Part shown: positions 21,746-35,038 of the stretch, piece after piece
Layout of the letters: the number at the start of each line of letters is the position of its first letter
How positions within the stretch are numbered: the first letter of the stretch is position 1
Assembly (NCBI RefSeq): GCF_001194135.2
Contig: NC_069000.1
Coordinates: 38,647,387 to 38,682,489 of the forward strand
Origin: Octopus bimaculoides
Taxonomy: Eukaryota
DNA length: 35,103 nucleotides
Direction of reading: 5' to 3'
Notes under the pieces: model-generated
Seen by the model: the letters and a program-made list of their open reading frames with translations, nothing else
The model's database searches: none
Told to the model about the DNA's origin: nothing
Made by a program: the position numbers and the translations under genes

Positions 21746-22621
21746 AGGTCTTTAGTCTTTACTTTTTGTTTGTCCAGTCATAAATGCGCAGAAAATTAGC
21801 TGTCTATTTCTTTGTTACATATAGTGTACTATTATCTTATGTATTAATATTTGTCTTTTCATGTTGTCTCTAATGATGTTCCTACATATGTTTTGTTCGT
21901 TAGTATCGTAACGAAATATACTTCAAGTTACTGAATGTTTATATTTTGTTTCTGGTATCCTGTGTATTTTCATCCTATTCACTCTTTTAATGATTTTTTA
22001 TCACATCAGGCATGTTCCTGAAAGATTATCTCATTAGCAGAAAGCCTAGCAATTCTAATAACAATGTTTTTAAGCAGTCCATTAATTATAGATTGAGAAG
22101 GAATAGTGGATATAATGCTAGAGTCTAATATCACATCAAGAATATTTTGCAGTTTTTCAAGTACAGTATAGAAAATGAACGCAGATTCTTGCAGAAAATT
22201 TGTAGAGGTGAAAAAATAAAATTTGTGATAGTATTTTTCTGCTGTAATTCTCTTGTGAAAACTATCTTTGCACCTAGACAGAAGAAATAGACCAACAAAA
22301 TCCGTATTCTGCACTCCATCTGATGATCGAACAAAACATAGAAGGGTTTCGTGCCAGGTTTGCATGTCATATCTTCAGGTCATCTTGAAATGTTCGCTAC
22401 CAGTCCATCATTGACTTGCTCATTTTACGTGATGCCCAAACCATGGCAGTTGTTGCGTGCTGTTGATAGGCTAGACGGAGGATGTGATCAACCAGCGCCG
22501 AGATCAATCTCTTGCAATGGTTGGGAATTCACTTTTCTCAGAATATCTTCATTACTGATGCAAACCCACCATTGACTTTCAGGATCTTTCAGAGGTATAT
22601 TTCATGAAATGCATTTACTTT

Positions 22622-22861
22622 GCTTATTTCATTACTGCCCACAAGGGGCTACACACAGAGGGGACAAACAAGGACAAACAAAGGGATTAAGTCGATTATA
22701 TCGACCACAGTGCGTAACTGGTACTTATTTAATCGACCCCGAAAGGATGAAAGGCAAAGTCGACCTCGGCGGAATTTGAGTTCAGAACGTAGCGGCAGAC
22801 GGAATATTGCTAAGCATTTGGCCCGGCGTGCTAACGTTTCTGCCAGCTCACCGCCTTTACT
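22622..22861 (-). mobile_element. Family B subfamily SINE, full length, 15-bp TSD
   Basis: TSD aaatgcatttacttt at 22607-22621 and 22862-22876; intact A/B boxes and core. Confidence 0.95.
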
Positions 22862-23714
22862 AAATGCATTTACTTTTCTATTTATCCTTTATGGGGTCAT
22901 CCAAGCTTTCTCTATATAATGGAATTATATAGACGAAGTTTGAAGCTGCCCGAATAGAATGACTACACTGGAACAAAACCGCCACCTTTCCAAACCTGGG
23001 TGGCTCCAACGAGTTGTAACACCTCGTCTGCATAATCTCGCAGAATGAGTTTGATATACATTTTCTTTACTTTAGACATTATACGGTGAAGTATTTTTGT
23101 CTTACTAATCCTACCTAAATCTCATTTAAAAAACTAATTAACCAAATAAGAGAATTTTCCTTAGAAATAGGTATGTGATGTGTAAGATTAAATCTGGAAG
23201 CATTCAGAATGAAGCATCCTGTTCTGTCTGTTAGATTAAGTTATATTTCATAAACGTGTCATTTTCGTTTGCTAAATTATTGCTACCTGTATAATTCAAC
23301 ACAATTTATGTTTTTTTTAGTAATATATGTCTGTCTCACTATACTGTATATGTTTCCTGTTTTGCCTGAATGCAACTGAATTTTGTCTGATAGGTAAATA
23401 TTTGCAACTTTATAGAAATAAGTAAATTGTGGAAATTGCTTGTATAAATCTTACTCTAATGCTTGTATCAAATTGTAGCATCTCCATTTCACAGTCATTA
23501 AGATGAAGATAATATGTTTAACAGCTTTAATCTTCTACCAAAGAAAATCTACTTTAATTAAATTCAATAGAACATCAGACGACCGTTTGAATGGGTTTCA
23601 GCAAACTTTCTTTAGTAAAGCATTAGCTCTCTAAAATACAACTATGTATACATACACACACACTTATCACATACAAACACACAAGCAACCATGCACAAAA
23701 TCACACACACGAAA

Positions 23715-23932
23715 TATCTGTTGTCAAGTGATGGGGAGTGCAGATACACACAGATATGCATATGTATAGACAAGACGAACTTCTTTCAGTTTCCGTCTAC
23801 CAAATCCACGCACAAGGCTTTGGTTGGTTCGAGGTTTACAGGAGGAAATATCTGCCCAAAGTTTCACGCAGTAGGACTGAACGCGGAACCATGCGATTGA
23901 GAAGCAAGCATACCACACAGCTACTTCTACGC
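23715..23932 (-). mobile_element. Family D SINE, partial
   Basis: ttgtcaagtgatgggg...ttctttcagtttccgtctaccaaatccac...tgcccaaag...gggactgaa-like B box...accacacagcta. Confidence 0.85.
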
Positions 23933-24199
23933 CTATGTGTTTGATGATCTCCAAAAATATTTGTATATGCAATAGTTTAGATATAATTTGATAAAATTGA
24001 ATGAGCTACTTTGAAGTACTTTGTGTTATTTTATATCAAACTTCATATATTCAAGTTTCTGCGACATAAGATATCTGCTTCCATTAACACTGATTAATAT
24101 GTTCTAGGTTAATTTTTTCGTGCACTCAATAAACACTGACCTCCAGTACAAATCGTTTCCTTATGTGCTACATTATACGATGCATGGACAAGCCTGGAA

Positions 24200-24715
24200 T
24201 GTAATTTCTCGATCTCTCTTGCTTAATTCTTAAGGTAAATGCCCATAAACAAACCAGCACCGGTTACCAAATGGTGGTGGACACAAGCATAAATATATAC
24301 ATAAATACACATATGTGTGTGTATGTATGTACATTCATACATACATACACAAATACACACACACACGCACACATATATGCATACATATATACTTACATAA
24401 ATATATACACATATATACATCTACATACATATATTTATATATATATATATATACATATACATATACATATACATATATAGATATATATACATGCAAGTAT
24501 ATATGTGTATATATACACAACGGTCTTCTGCACAACACAATTTTCCGTCTATCAGAGTTACAAGGCATTGGTCAAATATTTTATGCTATAGTACCTTCTT
24601 CAATTACCCAGGTATCATAGCTGAAGATACTTGCCCAACGTGTCCAGCAGCGGGACTGAACCTGAAAATATATCGCTACAAATCGATATTTTGAAATACA
24701 CTGCCACACTTGTAC
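24200..24715 (-). mobile_element. Family D SINE, degraded, with about 240 bp internal TA/CA microsatellite
   Basis: aaccagcaccggtt...ggtgg, then the microsatellite at 24290-24530, then ttccgtctatc...gatacttgcccaacgtgtcc...gcgggactgaacc. Confidence 0.75.
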
Positions 24716-25150
24716 TTGATTCACACCGCTAACTATTGACACTTACTAATTTCTATTAGACAGAAGATTTGATCCTAGCAATTATTATACATCTCTTGTT
24801 GTTACCAACCAATCTATGATTATTCTCCTATTACTGGATATCAGATTTGTTCTATCATATATATTTCGTTATTATTTTATATTAAACCTCATGAGTTTAA
24901 TTTTATGAGTTATAAAATCACCATCCTCATTTAGCAATAATTCACACAACACAAACTTTCACTAATGTGCTATTGTGCGCATGTCAATATTAATTATATG
25001 CTGTACTACATCATATATGTAACTTTATGTTAATTTATGTTATCGCTATATCTTAAATATATGCCACATATATTATTTACAATCACCAGTTCAATGTCTC
25101 ATACAAAAGTACGAGACGTCTGTGTGTATCGCACCGTCCGTTTTATATTT

Positions 25151-25182
<32 letters not shown>

Positions 25183-25597
25183 ACATATACTTATTATTTT
25201 ATATTCGTGCGAATAGTTGAACATCTAAACACGCGTGCGCACACGCCCAGTTATACATAACATTTTTGTTTTTATTGTAAAAAGACCGTAACTACAAAAC
25301 ATCTTGTCCACGATCTTTATCATTGTGGTGTTTATTCCTGATGAATAGCTGCATTTTTCTGGACCATACTAATATCAATTTTATGCTGTCTCAACGACTA
25401 ATATTTAGACACGTAACCACACACATTCACACAATGAACACTCAGAGACACATGAAAGTATATATGGATATATACTATGCATTGGTATATATCTAGTGGG
25501 TATTTAAGCTTATGCATAGTTTATAGAGGACGTTAATTGTTTATAAGTGGGTTGTGCCGACAGTAATGCAAAAGTAGAAAAACTGTTTTATTAATTG

Positions 25598-26620
25598 ATG
25601 AAGGTTGTTCAAAAAAGCACGTATTGACAGAGAAAACTTTGCTCTATATGAACACGCTACTCAGTAAAGTTTCCATCACGTGTGCTTTGTTTGTGACATC
25701 ACTGAAACCAATTTTGGAATCCCCTTTGAAAATATTTAAGTGTGCACTTTTGTACTTTTTCGGAGCTACTTTCACCTGATCTGTGGCACCAAATAATTAA
25801 ATTCTTGTGAGAGAAGATTGCCATTCATTCGACAAAAAGAGGTGTAAGTACCACTGAATAGCCCAACCCACTGATTGCTTGTTTTGTTGCTAAAGATCAA
25901 TGCGGTCTCACATGGTTAAGGGTAATGTGAATCGTTTTTAAGTTCCTGTTAGTTTTCCTCCTCTTAAGGAAATATCTCGATGCAACGCATGTTATTTACG
26001 TTCCAATCATATTTCAGACAATCAAGGAGAACGACGATATTTTACTCTCAAAATGAGTTACCGTGTCTTTACATGTCCTTTACTGGTTTTTGAACATTTT
26101 AAAGCTTGAAGAAGTGCGACACCACTTCTTGAAATGAGCCTTTCTTCCGTTGACATAAAATCGCGGAAAAATTTGTTTTTATAGGCTTCACACGCTTCCC
26201 ACTGATAAGAACTAAATTCCAAAATATTCTCACCAAATCTGCTGACAACTGTCGTGGTATCTATTGTGCACACATTTTCTGATACCCAAATCTTGCACGA
26301 TCTTCTGTACTGCATTGTGAACATAGCCCAGTTGTGTAGCAAACTCACGGGTTGCAGCTCATCATTCGGCGCCAATCATGTCATCCACTCACTGGCGATT
26401 CATGTCAATGATCGCAGTTGATGGTCTCTCACAGCCTATTTTTTCTTAAATGCTGGTTTTCCATTTTTGAAGCTTCTCCATCCATCAGTGCACATTGTTC
26501 TTGACAGCGTTGTCTTATTACACCCCTTTTAGCCCTCTGTACATGTTGGACATCCTAAACCCCTCTCCGCTTAGAATCCACAATGAAGAAGAAAAGGATG
26601 ATTTACACTAGAGGAACAGT
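25598..26620 (-). mobile_element. Decayed mariner (Tc1/mariner) transposon
   Basis: Minus frames give TLSRTMCTDGWRSFKNGK, ERPSTAII, EFATQLGYVHNAVQKIVQDLGIRK, IHITLNHVRPH (cf. HDNARPH) and SKGIPKLV (cf. GIxKLVxRW). A TIR-like atgaaggttgttcaaaaaag starts at 25598. The opposite TIR was not found. Confidence 0.85.
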
Positions 26621-28646
26621 TACTTTACCCTGTGTCAATATATGAGCAATATTTTCACAATGTTAATGCTAGATTTTTTATATCATTAAAAATTTATGAA
26701 TTTTATGTATAAAATTTATGTATTTAGTTTATACATTTGCGAAACGTTTAATCACTAGACGTGTATCTATCATTAATTCAGGTTTACAATCATTAGACAG
26801 AGGTGTCCTAGCATGATAGTAACATTTATTGCTAAACCATAGTGCGTATCAATGTATTTTCATCAAAAGAACATTTAATATACTTTAAAACCAGTGTTTA
26901 TATCGCAAGTATTATCTGAATAAACGAATTAGTGTGGTGTATTCATTTGCTGTCATAGTTAGGAAACCGAATGGAGGAAGGATTCTGTTTAATGACAAAT
27001 GAAATGTGAGATAAAGTCAGTTGGAGAGATAAAATTACAAAAAAGTAAAAACTGAGATTTGAAAATAAAAGCAAAAATTTAGTTAAGTAAAATAATTTCA
27101 GTGACGAGTGGCATGCATTTGAACAACGTAAACGAAATACACGTATATCAAATACTATGCTACACACGAATCTATGCTATATGGTATTTGCTACACCTGT
27201 ATTTATCGAAAGGATGAAATGCTTATGATACTGCTCTCATTGACAGATAGGGTAAGAATGAAAATGAAAGGATTATTATGAGAGCGGTTTGGAGAATTGT
27301 TTAATTCATGTTGCTTGAAGGAAGATGAGAAATAGGAGTAATGTCAATAATCACATTTCAGTCCTTGTGTGTTTTGTATGTAAAAGTGTAATATTCTAGC
27401 AAACTTGATATCGTCTTAAATTTAATTTTATTACTCAGTAAATACTTAAGTAGATCAGTTAAAATACTGAAATTGTAGTTCTTGGTGGCAGAAACAGCTG
27501 TGTACAAGATATTTAACAATGGTTATAGCTACCACTTAGAACAGAAGTGCCATTCTCTATAATTAATATAACTGTAAGTATTTCTTTACGATACATGTAC
27601 ACTGGATGGATAAATATCAAACACATGTGATGAGTATCGACTAGGATATTTTGCGGTATTAGTTTTGTCCATTGATTCCAGACCTGCTGAGGAAAACTCT
27701 ACTTTTCATCCATTCGTTGTCTGTAAATATAATACCAAGCTATCAGTGAGCTGAGTTATTTGAGTCTCACTTTGAAGATCTTACATACATATACCTCCAT
27801 TTATCACTGATTCTTTCTTCACGGATCCAAGATAAACACGGTTCACACATTAGGAAATGCACTTCACTTATCTTGGATTGACCCGTGACATCACTGGTCA
27901 GCAATTAGTCAAAGATTCCACTTGAATCGGAAAAATGTGCTCCAGCAACTATCCACAATGCTCAGAACAATGTTCAGTCTCAGAACGAAACTTATTCTTC
28001 CCATATATTCTATTGTTCATTAATAACCGATTCATTTAACAGTGCTTATTATGTCGGGAAAATGCACCGTGATAAACGGCGATAGATGTAATTTAAAACT
28101 CAGCTTTGACATACTGATTAGTATTGGGACTTACGCTCAGTGTACATGTGTCTTTGAAATACTTTGTTGCGTAAGAGTTAGTTTTGCGAGTACGAATCTA
28201 GTTGATCAAACAACCGATTGGCTATCCTCGAGAGAGACGAAAAGCCACCATTACAAGTAGTAATAAATGGACGACAGTGAAAAATGATAAAAACCACGAG
28301 TTTGCTATGAAATCTTGAAAGTACTGCAGGAATCTTTGGTGGAGACATTGTTTCCAAGATGTTCATGTCATGTCTTGCAGACTTAACAGTGTTCACAGAG
28401 CATTGAGCAGCGGTCATTGTGTCGACAGTTCGATACTCAGCGTGAATCATTATGATACAAGTAACTCTTTTCCCAATATTCAGATGGCTTCCAATCCGCC
28501 ATGTCGGCTGAGTTTTTCTCAACTACAACTTTAATCTTTATCCTCTCCGTTGGCTGTTCACCAATATAGCAAGTCATTCCTGAAAAAAAAAGGAGACGTA
28601 AAATATCGTCAAATTTAATCCAAAAACATACTGTATAGTATTATAT

Positions 28647-29030
28647 CGTGGCACTCCGTCGGTTGCGATGATGAGGGCTCCAGTTGATCTGATCAACGGA
28701 ACACCTGGCTCGTGAAATCAACGTGCAAGTGGCTGAGCACTCAACAGACACGTGTACCATTAACGTAGTTCTCGGAGAGATTTAGCGTGACACCGAGTGT
28801 GAAAAAGCTGACCCTTTTGAAATACAGGTACAACAGAAACAGGAAGAAAGAGTAAGTGAAAGTTGTAGTGAAAAAGTACATCAGGGTTCCCCACCACCCT
28901 TTGCCAGAGCCTCGTGGAGCTTTAGGTGTTTTCGTTCAATAAATAATCACAACGTCCGGTCTAGGAATCGAAACCGCGATCCCACAACCACGAGTCTGTT
29001 GCCCTAATTACTGGGCCATTGCGCCTCCAC
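28647..29030 (-). mobile_element. Family C SINE, full length, 12-bp TSD
   Basis: TSD atagtattatat at 28635-28646 and 29031-29042; colinear with the other C copies. Confidence 0.95.
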
Positions 29031-29595
29031 ATAGTATTATATACAATAGTATTGTACAGTATAGTACTGTACAGGCAGTAGTACTATATTTGATTATGTA
29101 GTCTTCATTGCATGACTGGTGTCTATTCCATTCAACCTTAGAATAATAGCCCCACAGGGGACTGAACTCATAATAAAAAATGATTGACTCAAACGTTGTC
29201 ACTCTGACATTTCTACAATGTTTGTAACCAGCAGCAACACATGGTATATTATTCATAATTAAATAATAATATTATTTTTCTCTTCAATTTAAACAACCAA
29301 GCCAGCACAGACTTGCGCTTATAGAGGGATGGAGAAGTATAAGAGGAGAAGACATAACGGAGTCACATGAAGGTGAGGTTTATAGAATTTGTCGAAGATA
29401 TCGTCTTTAATTGAAGCCTTGAAAATGACCAAAGAGAGAAGAAAATCATTCAGATAATTCATTTTTGTATTCTCTTTCTCTATTTTCATTCCTTCCCTTC
29501 ATTCTCTTGCATCACAATTCATTTTTGTTGTATATTCACTTTTCTTGATCTTTCTTTGCGTCTTGGTGCATCTTCGTCATATCTGTCACTCCTAC

Positions 29596-29674
29596 TCATC
29601 CTTGTCGTCGCCGGCTTCCACCACCACCACCTCCTCCTCCTCCTCCTCCTCCTGAGGCTTTTCTATATTTGCTG
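29596..29674 (-). CDS. Candidate terminal coding exon, Gly-rich (SKYRKASG12SRRRQG*) or, in another frame, Glu-rich (ANIEKPQE7V4EAGDDKDE*)
   Basis: Strong pyrimidine tract and tandem acceptor ttcatattttgacagcag, then (GGA)7(GGT)4. No homology recognised and the frame is ambiguous. Confidence 0.3.
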
Positions 29675-29994
29675 CTGTCAAAATATGAAGATAGAAATAA
29701 ATTGAATTAAAGAAGTGAAAATGAAATGGGGAACTGGTGGACAATGCAATAGTTTGATTAATTGAGAAAAGGAATTTTGAAGGACTAAAACAATACAAGG
29801 CCACATTATAATTCTGTTAGCTTCATTACTTAAATATGTAATTAAAATAGCTATTAATTCTTGTGGTCTCGACATACTGGACGTTGCAGATAACAGAGGA
29901 CAAAATCATTGCTCTTATTTCCCACATCTGAAATAATCAAAGCTAATAGCAATAACTCTACATAAATAATAGTTTATTTTATCATCATATGTAC

Positions 29995-30330
29995 TGGCAT
30001 GGCTGTGCAGTTAACAAACTCGCCTTTATAGCATCGTGATTTTGGGTTCAATTCCATGCTGCGATACCTTAGGCAAGTGTCGTTTACTATAGCCTCGATC
30101 CGACCAGCATCTCGTGAGTAATTTTTGGTAGACAGGAACTGTGTTGAATCCCAACTCTCCTTCTTCCTATATATGCGTGTGCCTGTGTGTGTTTGTGGTT
30201 GTTTTTGTTCCCCCATCTGCCGCTGTGTATCGTTTTGTGTACGTCTTCGTAACTGAGCAGTTCAGCAAAAGAGTCAAATAAAATACGCGCCAAAATGAAC
30301 AAAAAAGAAATACTGATGTTCACCTGTTCA
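29995..30330 (+). mobile_element. Family D SINE, degraded near full length
   Basis: ggcatggctgtgcagtt...gggttcaattcc...ccttaggcaagtgtc...ggtagacaggaact, a short TG run, then tttgttcccc...gcagttcagcaaaagag. Confidence 0.85.
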
Positions 30331-30429
30331 ACTAGAGTTCTTCAAGTCTTATTTCTTTCATTAATAACTCTAAAGTACCATGTCGTGTTCGCACAAAGAA
30401 AACGGTGTCTATTTAATTTTAGGATGTCT

Positions 30430-30565
30430 GTACAGTTTCCATCAACACAATTTCAATCATGATGTATAGGTAAACGCTAAACTCTCAAAACTGGCATATG
30501 TTCACGATGCCACGCTGTGACATCGAACCAGAGACTACATGCTTGAGAAGCAAATTTTTCTCACA
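30430..30565 (-). mobile_element. Family D SINE head, strongly degraded
   Basis: cagtttccatc...cacgatgccacgctgtgacatcgaacc...gagaagcaa resembles 11948-12070. Confidence 0.5.
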
Positions 30566-30665
30566 TTCGATCATACACCACCGAAGCACACACGTTTATA
30601 TTTAAATACGTATTCATAGATTTATATATGAATATACGCCCGTGTGTTCAATTTATTCATCCGCT

Positions 30666-30667
<2 letters not shown>

Positions 30668-30701
<34 letters not shown>

Positions 30702-30750
30702 TTAGCTGTCTGTCTGTCTGTCTATCTGTCTTTCTGTCTGTCTATCTATC
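30668..30750. repeat. (TATC)n/(TGTC)n microsatellite
   Basis: Direct runs. Confidence 0.9.
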
Positions 30751-31562
30751 AAATATGAATACATAAAAAACACACACACACAGACATATATATAGATGGA
30801 TAAATAATATAATAGACGAGTGTATGCATACATCCATATATGTATANNNNNNNNNNNNNNNNNNNNNNNNNNNNNNNNNNNNNNNNNNNNNNNNNNNNNN
30901 NNNNNNNNNNNNNNNNNNNNNNNNNNNNNNNNNNNNNNNNNNNNNNNNNNNNNNNNNNNNNNNNNNNNNNNNNNNNNNNNNNNNNNNNNNNNNNNNNNNN
31001 NNNNNNNNNNNNNNNNNNNNNNNNNNNNNNNNNNNNNNNNNNNNNNNNNNNNNNNNNNNNNNNNNNNNNNNNNNNNNNNNNNNNNNNNNNNNNNNNNNNN
31101 NNNNNNNNNNNNNNNNNNNNNNNNNNNNNNNNNNNNNNNNNNNNNNNNNNNNNNNNNNNNNNNNNNNNNNNNNNNNNNNNNNNNNNNNNNNNNNNNNNNN
31201 NNNNNNNNNNNNNNNNNNNNNNNNNNNNNNNNNNNNNNNNNNNNNNNNNNNNNNNNNNNNNNNNNNNNNNNNNNNNNNNNNNNNNNNNNNNNNNNNNNNN
31301 NNNNNNNNNNNNNNNNNNNNNNNNNNNNNNNNNNNNNNNNNNNNNNNNNNNNNNNNNNNNNNNNNNNNNNNNNNNNNNNNNNNNNNNNNNNNNNNNNNNN
31401 NNNNNNNNNNNNNNNNNNNNNNNNNNNNNNNNNNNNNNNNNNNNNNNNNNNNNNNNNNNNNNNNNNNNNNNNNNNNNNNNNNNNNNNNNNNNNNNNNNNN
31501 NNNNNNNNNNNNNNNNNNNNNNNNNNNNNNNNNNNNNNNNNNNNNNNNNNNNNNNNNNNNNN

Positions 31563-31629
31563 AGGTATGTATATATATATGTAGCTAGGTATGTATATAT
31601 ATATGTAGCTAGGTATGTATATATATATG
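31563..31629. repeat. 24-bp minisatellite at gap edge
   Basis: aggtatgtatatatatatgtagct repeated exactly twice plus a partial third unit. Confidence 0.9.
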
Positions 31630-31744
31630 AAAACATACATTCACATATGCATATATAAGTGTGTGCGTGTTTATGCTCATGGGCTTGTGTATCTAACATT
31701 TAAACGTTTTATCTAGTTGCGAATGCATTTTTTTATTCTAACAG

Positions 31745-31872
31745 AACCATCTCGCGATCGATCTATCTTTATTTCACCACCGTCCACTTCAGCAGAACCA
31801 TCATGCCCTCCACTTAGCCTACGTAGTATAACATGGCATCACAATCCCAAACCGTTACACGCTACCGCCTGA
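31745..31872 (+). CDS. Candidate terminal exon (EPSRDRSIFISPPSTSAEPSCPPLSLRSITWHHNPKPLHATA*)
   Basis: Good acceptor gcatttttttattctaacag, locally higher GC, open phase-1 frame to TGA at 31870-31872. No recognised homology. Confidence 0.3.
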
Positions 31873-32096
31873 ATCTCCAGCTGCATCAACCCACTTAGTG
31901 TCTATCAAAGAAACATGGTTGTTTGTCTTTCTTAAGTACAATACACCGTCTCCCAGCAAACCTAAGATTACTGTTTGGAAATAGATTAAATATTCAAAGT
32001 GTATAAACAGCCTGAAGACATTTTTATGGCCTGATCGAGAGCAAGACAACAACGCCTGGAAACATGGAAACATTGCATGAAAATACATTGTGTTCA

Positions 32097-32640
<544 letters not shown>

Positions 32641-34779
32641 GGCTGGACATAAACGTCCTCCATAATCTCATAGCAACGTCGTTTGCTGGATTTAGGAACA
32701 CTGTGTACGTCTCTATGTATGAGTGTGTCTACCTGCGATCTGTGTTTGTGTGCTTTTATCTTTCACACTGCTTATCTCAATTGCTGTTTCCATAATTCAC
32801 AGTTTTAGTAAATACGTAAATTTCAGTTGGGAATATCCAATAAAAGTATCTACTCGCATCGCTAGCAGAGGTATATAATCGATTGATAAAACGAATCAAA
32901 TTACATCCCAGGTACTATGGTACCTAAATTGGTAACATCTAAAGAGATAAAAGATAAACTGAAATCAGAATCCAAACTGTGCTTTGCCTAATTAAATACA
33001 AGAATAAGACCGATTTTCCGGACACTGATAAAGTCTTTTAGATTTCGTACGAATTTAAACTAATGTACCTGTCTTTGATCTAATTATCAAAATAAATTAG
33101 AATGTGTTGAGTAAGGTGACCACCCCTGATTAAGAAAAAATTAGTAAATGCTTTGGACCGAAACGTTAAGGAAAATCGCCGTTGTACCTGTACTGTTGAC
33201 GTAGGCCCTCGATGTTTGAGGCTTTTATTTAGCGTGATGTTTCTTTTCGCATTAAGAGAGAAAACATCCGGTGATTTCGGACAAATCAATGACACATAAT
33301 TAATGGCGGGTTGAACTCGAAGTTTTGCTGGGAATGTCAATGGATTGGGCGATTTACTGGAATGTTACATCACCTAATAACATTAGTGTTTGTAGCAGTT
33401 GTGATGCAGAGATTTGTGTTGCAGTNNNNNNNNNNNNNNNNNNNNNNNNNNNNNNNNNNNNNNNNNNNNNNNNNNNNNNNNNNNNNNNNNNNNNNNNNNN
33501 NNNNNNNNNNNNNNNNNNNNNNNNNNNNNNNNNNNNNNNNNNNNNNNNNNNNNNNNNNNNNNNNNNNNNNNNNNNNNNNNNNNNNNNNNNNNNNNNNNNN
33601 NNNNTATATATATATATATCAATTTAAATAAGAGCTAAAAGATGATCAGCTACTATTCAGAAACTTCTCTTACAGTGGCCAACATTTCTTCAAGTCTACA
33701 ATTTTCTTGGCTATTCGCTGGAACGTAACAATTCGTGTGTTTCTTCTCTGACGATATTATGAATAATGGGGGTTAAGTCAGCTCTTCTGCCATCTATCGT
33801 GTTAAAATTTTAGAAAGTCCTTATATTCATTTAGTCCTGAAATTTTTAAACTTTTGTCCACGATAGGTTATCTCTTGTACCATACTCAACTGGTAATAAC
33901 TCCAAAGTTACTGGTGATTAAAGAGTGATCAAGCGCAGGAAACTATAGCAAAGAGACTTCTCATCTTGCTTGGAAATTGTTAGGCAATAGGCCCCTTTAG
34001 TCAGCTGATGCAGGCTGCATCATCATTCATAATGCATTTCTCTAGAAAGGTTTGTGGTGTGTTGCACAGACATATAAAGCCAGCAGTTTTCCTTTCCTGA
34101 AATTAATTTTGACCAGGAATATAATGCAGGAGCTACCTGATATTTAAATAAGTTATTAAAAGTCTTAATTTAAATATCACGTGCACAGGAAGTCAGCATA
34201 CACTTTCTAAAGCTACAGACGAGAAAAAAATAATGGTTTTATTCCATTTCAAAATTGCATGTATTAATATCAAATCACGTCTGGTTAGAATAGCACACAA
34301 GTGTATGTAATACTGGGGAACAATAATCTTTCAGCAAAGTTAGCATAATCAAAATTCTTCATTAAATAATCATAACAAAAAAAGGTAGTAGGGGGTTTGT
34401 AATAAAATGAAAGATAGGAAATAATTTAGTCTTTCGTTGATTTATGTTTGAATGTTTTTATTCTTCTAGATTATCTGGTTATTATTCATCATGAAGCAGA
34501 TTGCTAGTTTCTGTATTTTGAATGTATGGAAGCATTGGAAAACATTATTCTGAGAATAAAATTTGGTTATTTTGGAATATAAACAAATTTAGATATAAAG
34601 TAAATAGCTTTTAGCTTCCGTGGTGTTTGAAAAAATAGACTAACTTTTTCAAGGTATGACGTTTCAGAATTAATTTTAATATGGACAGTGTTCAAATAGA
34701 TTTCTTGTCAGAATTCTATAAGAGATATATGTTTATTCATGAGGGACGTAAATGAAGCTTTCACATTTGTACTTGAATC

Positions 34780-34780
34780 A

Positions 34781-34831
<51 letters not shown>

Positions 34832-34890
34832 GTGTCTATATGTCTATCTATCTATCTACCTATCTATCTATCTGTCTATCTATCTATCTA

Positions 34891-34925
<35 letters not shown>

Positions 34926-34963
34926 ACCTACCTACCTACCTACCTACCTACCTACCTACTTAC

Positions 34964-35004
<41 letters not shown>

Positions 35005-35036
35005 CACACACACACACATACACACACACACACACA
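34780..35036. repeat. Compound (TATC)n/(TGTC)n/(TACC)n/(CA)n microsatellite
   Basis: Direct runs. Confidence 0.95.
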
Positions 35037-35038
35037 TA

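Noticed and set aside
22006-22600. 119-aa minus ORF and faint plus-strand RT-like words (EQNIEGFRARFACHIF, NIFITD)
   Set aside because: Similarity is too weak and fragmented to call; possibly a very old LINE. BLASTx would decide.
26058-26375. 105-aa minus-strand ORF
   Set aside because: It is a shifted reading frame inside the decayed mariner.
28178-28533. 114-aa minus ORF and a plus frame RNLWWRHCFQD...QLQL*
   Set aside because: No recognisable homology, weak acceptor and an in-frame stop upstream; not supportable.
33125-33180. ctgattaag...ggaccgaaacgtt hammerhead-like string
   Set aside because: The core is CUGAUUA rather than CUGANGA, and neither stem I nor stem II pairs.
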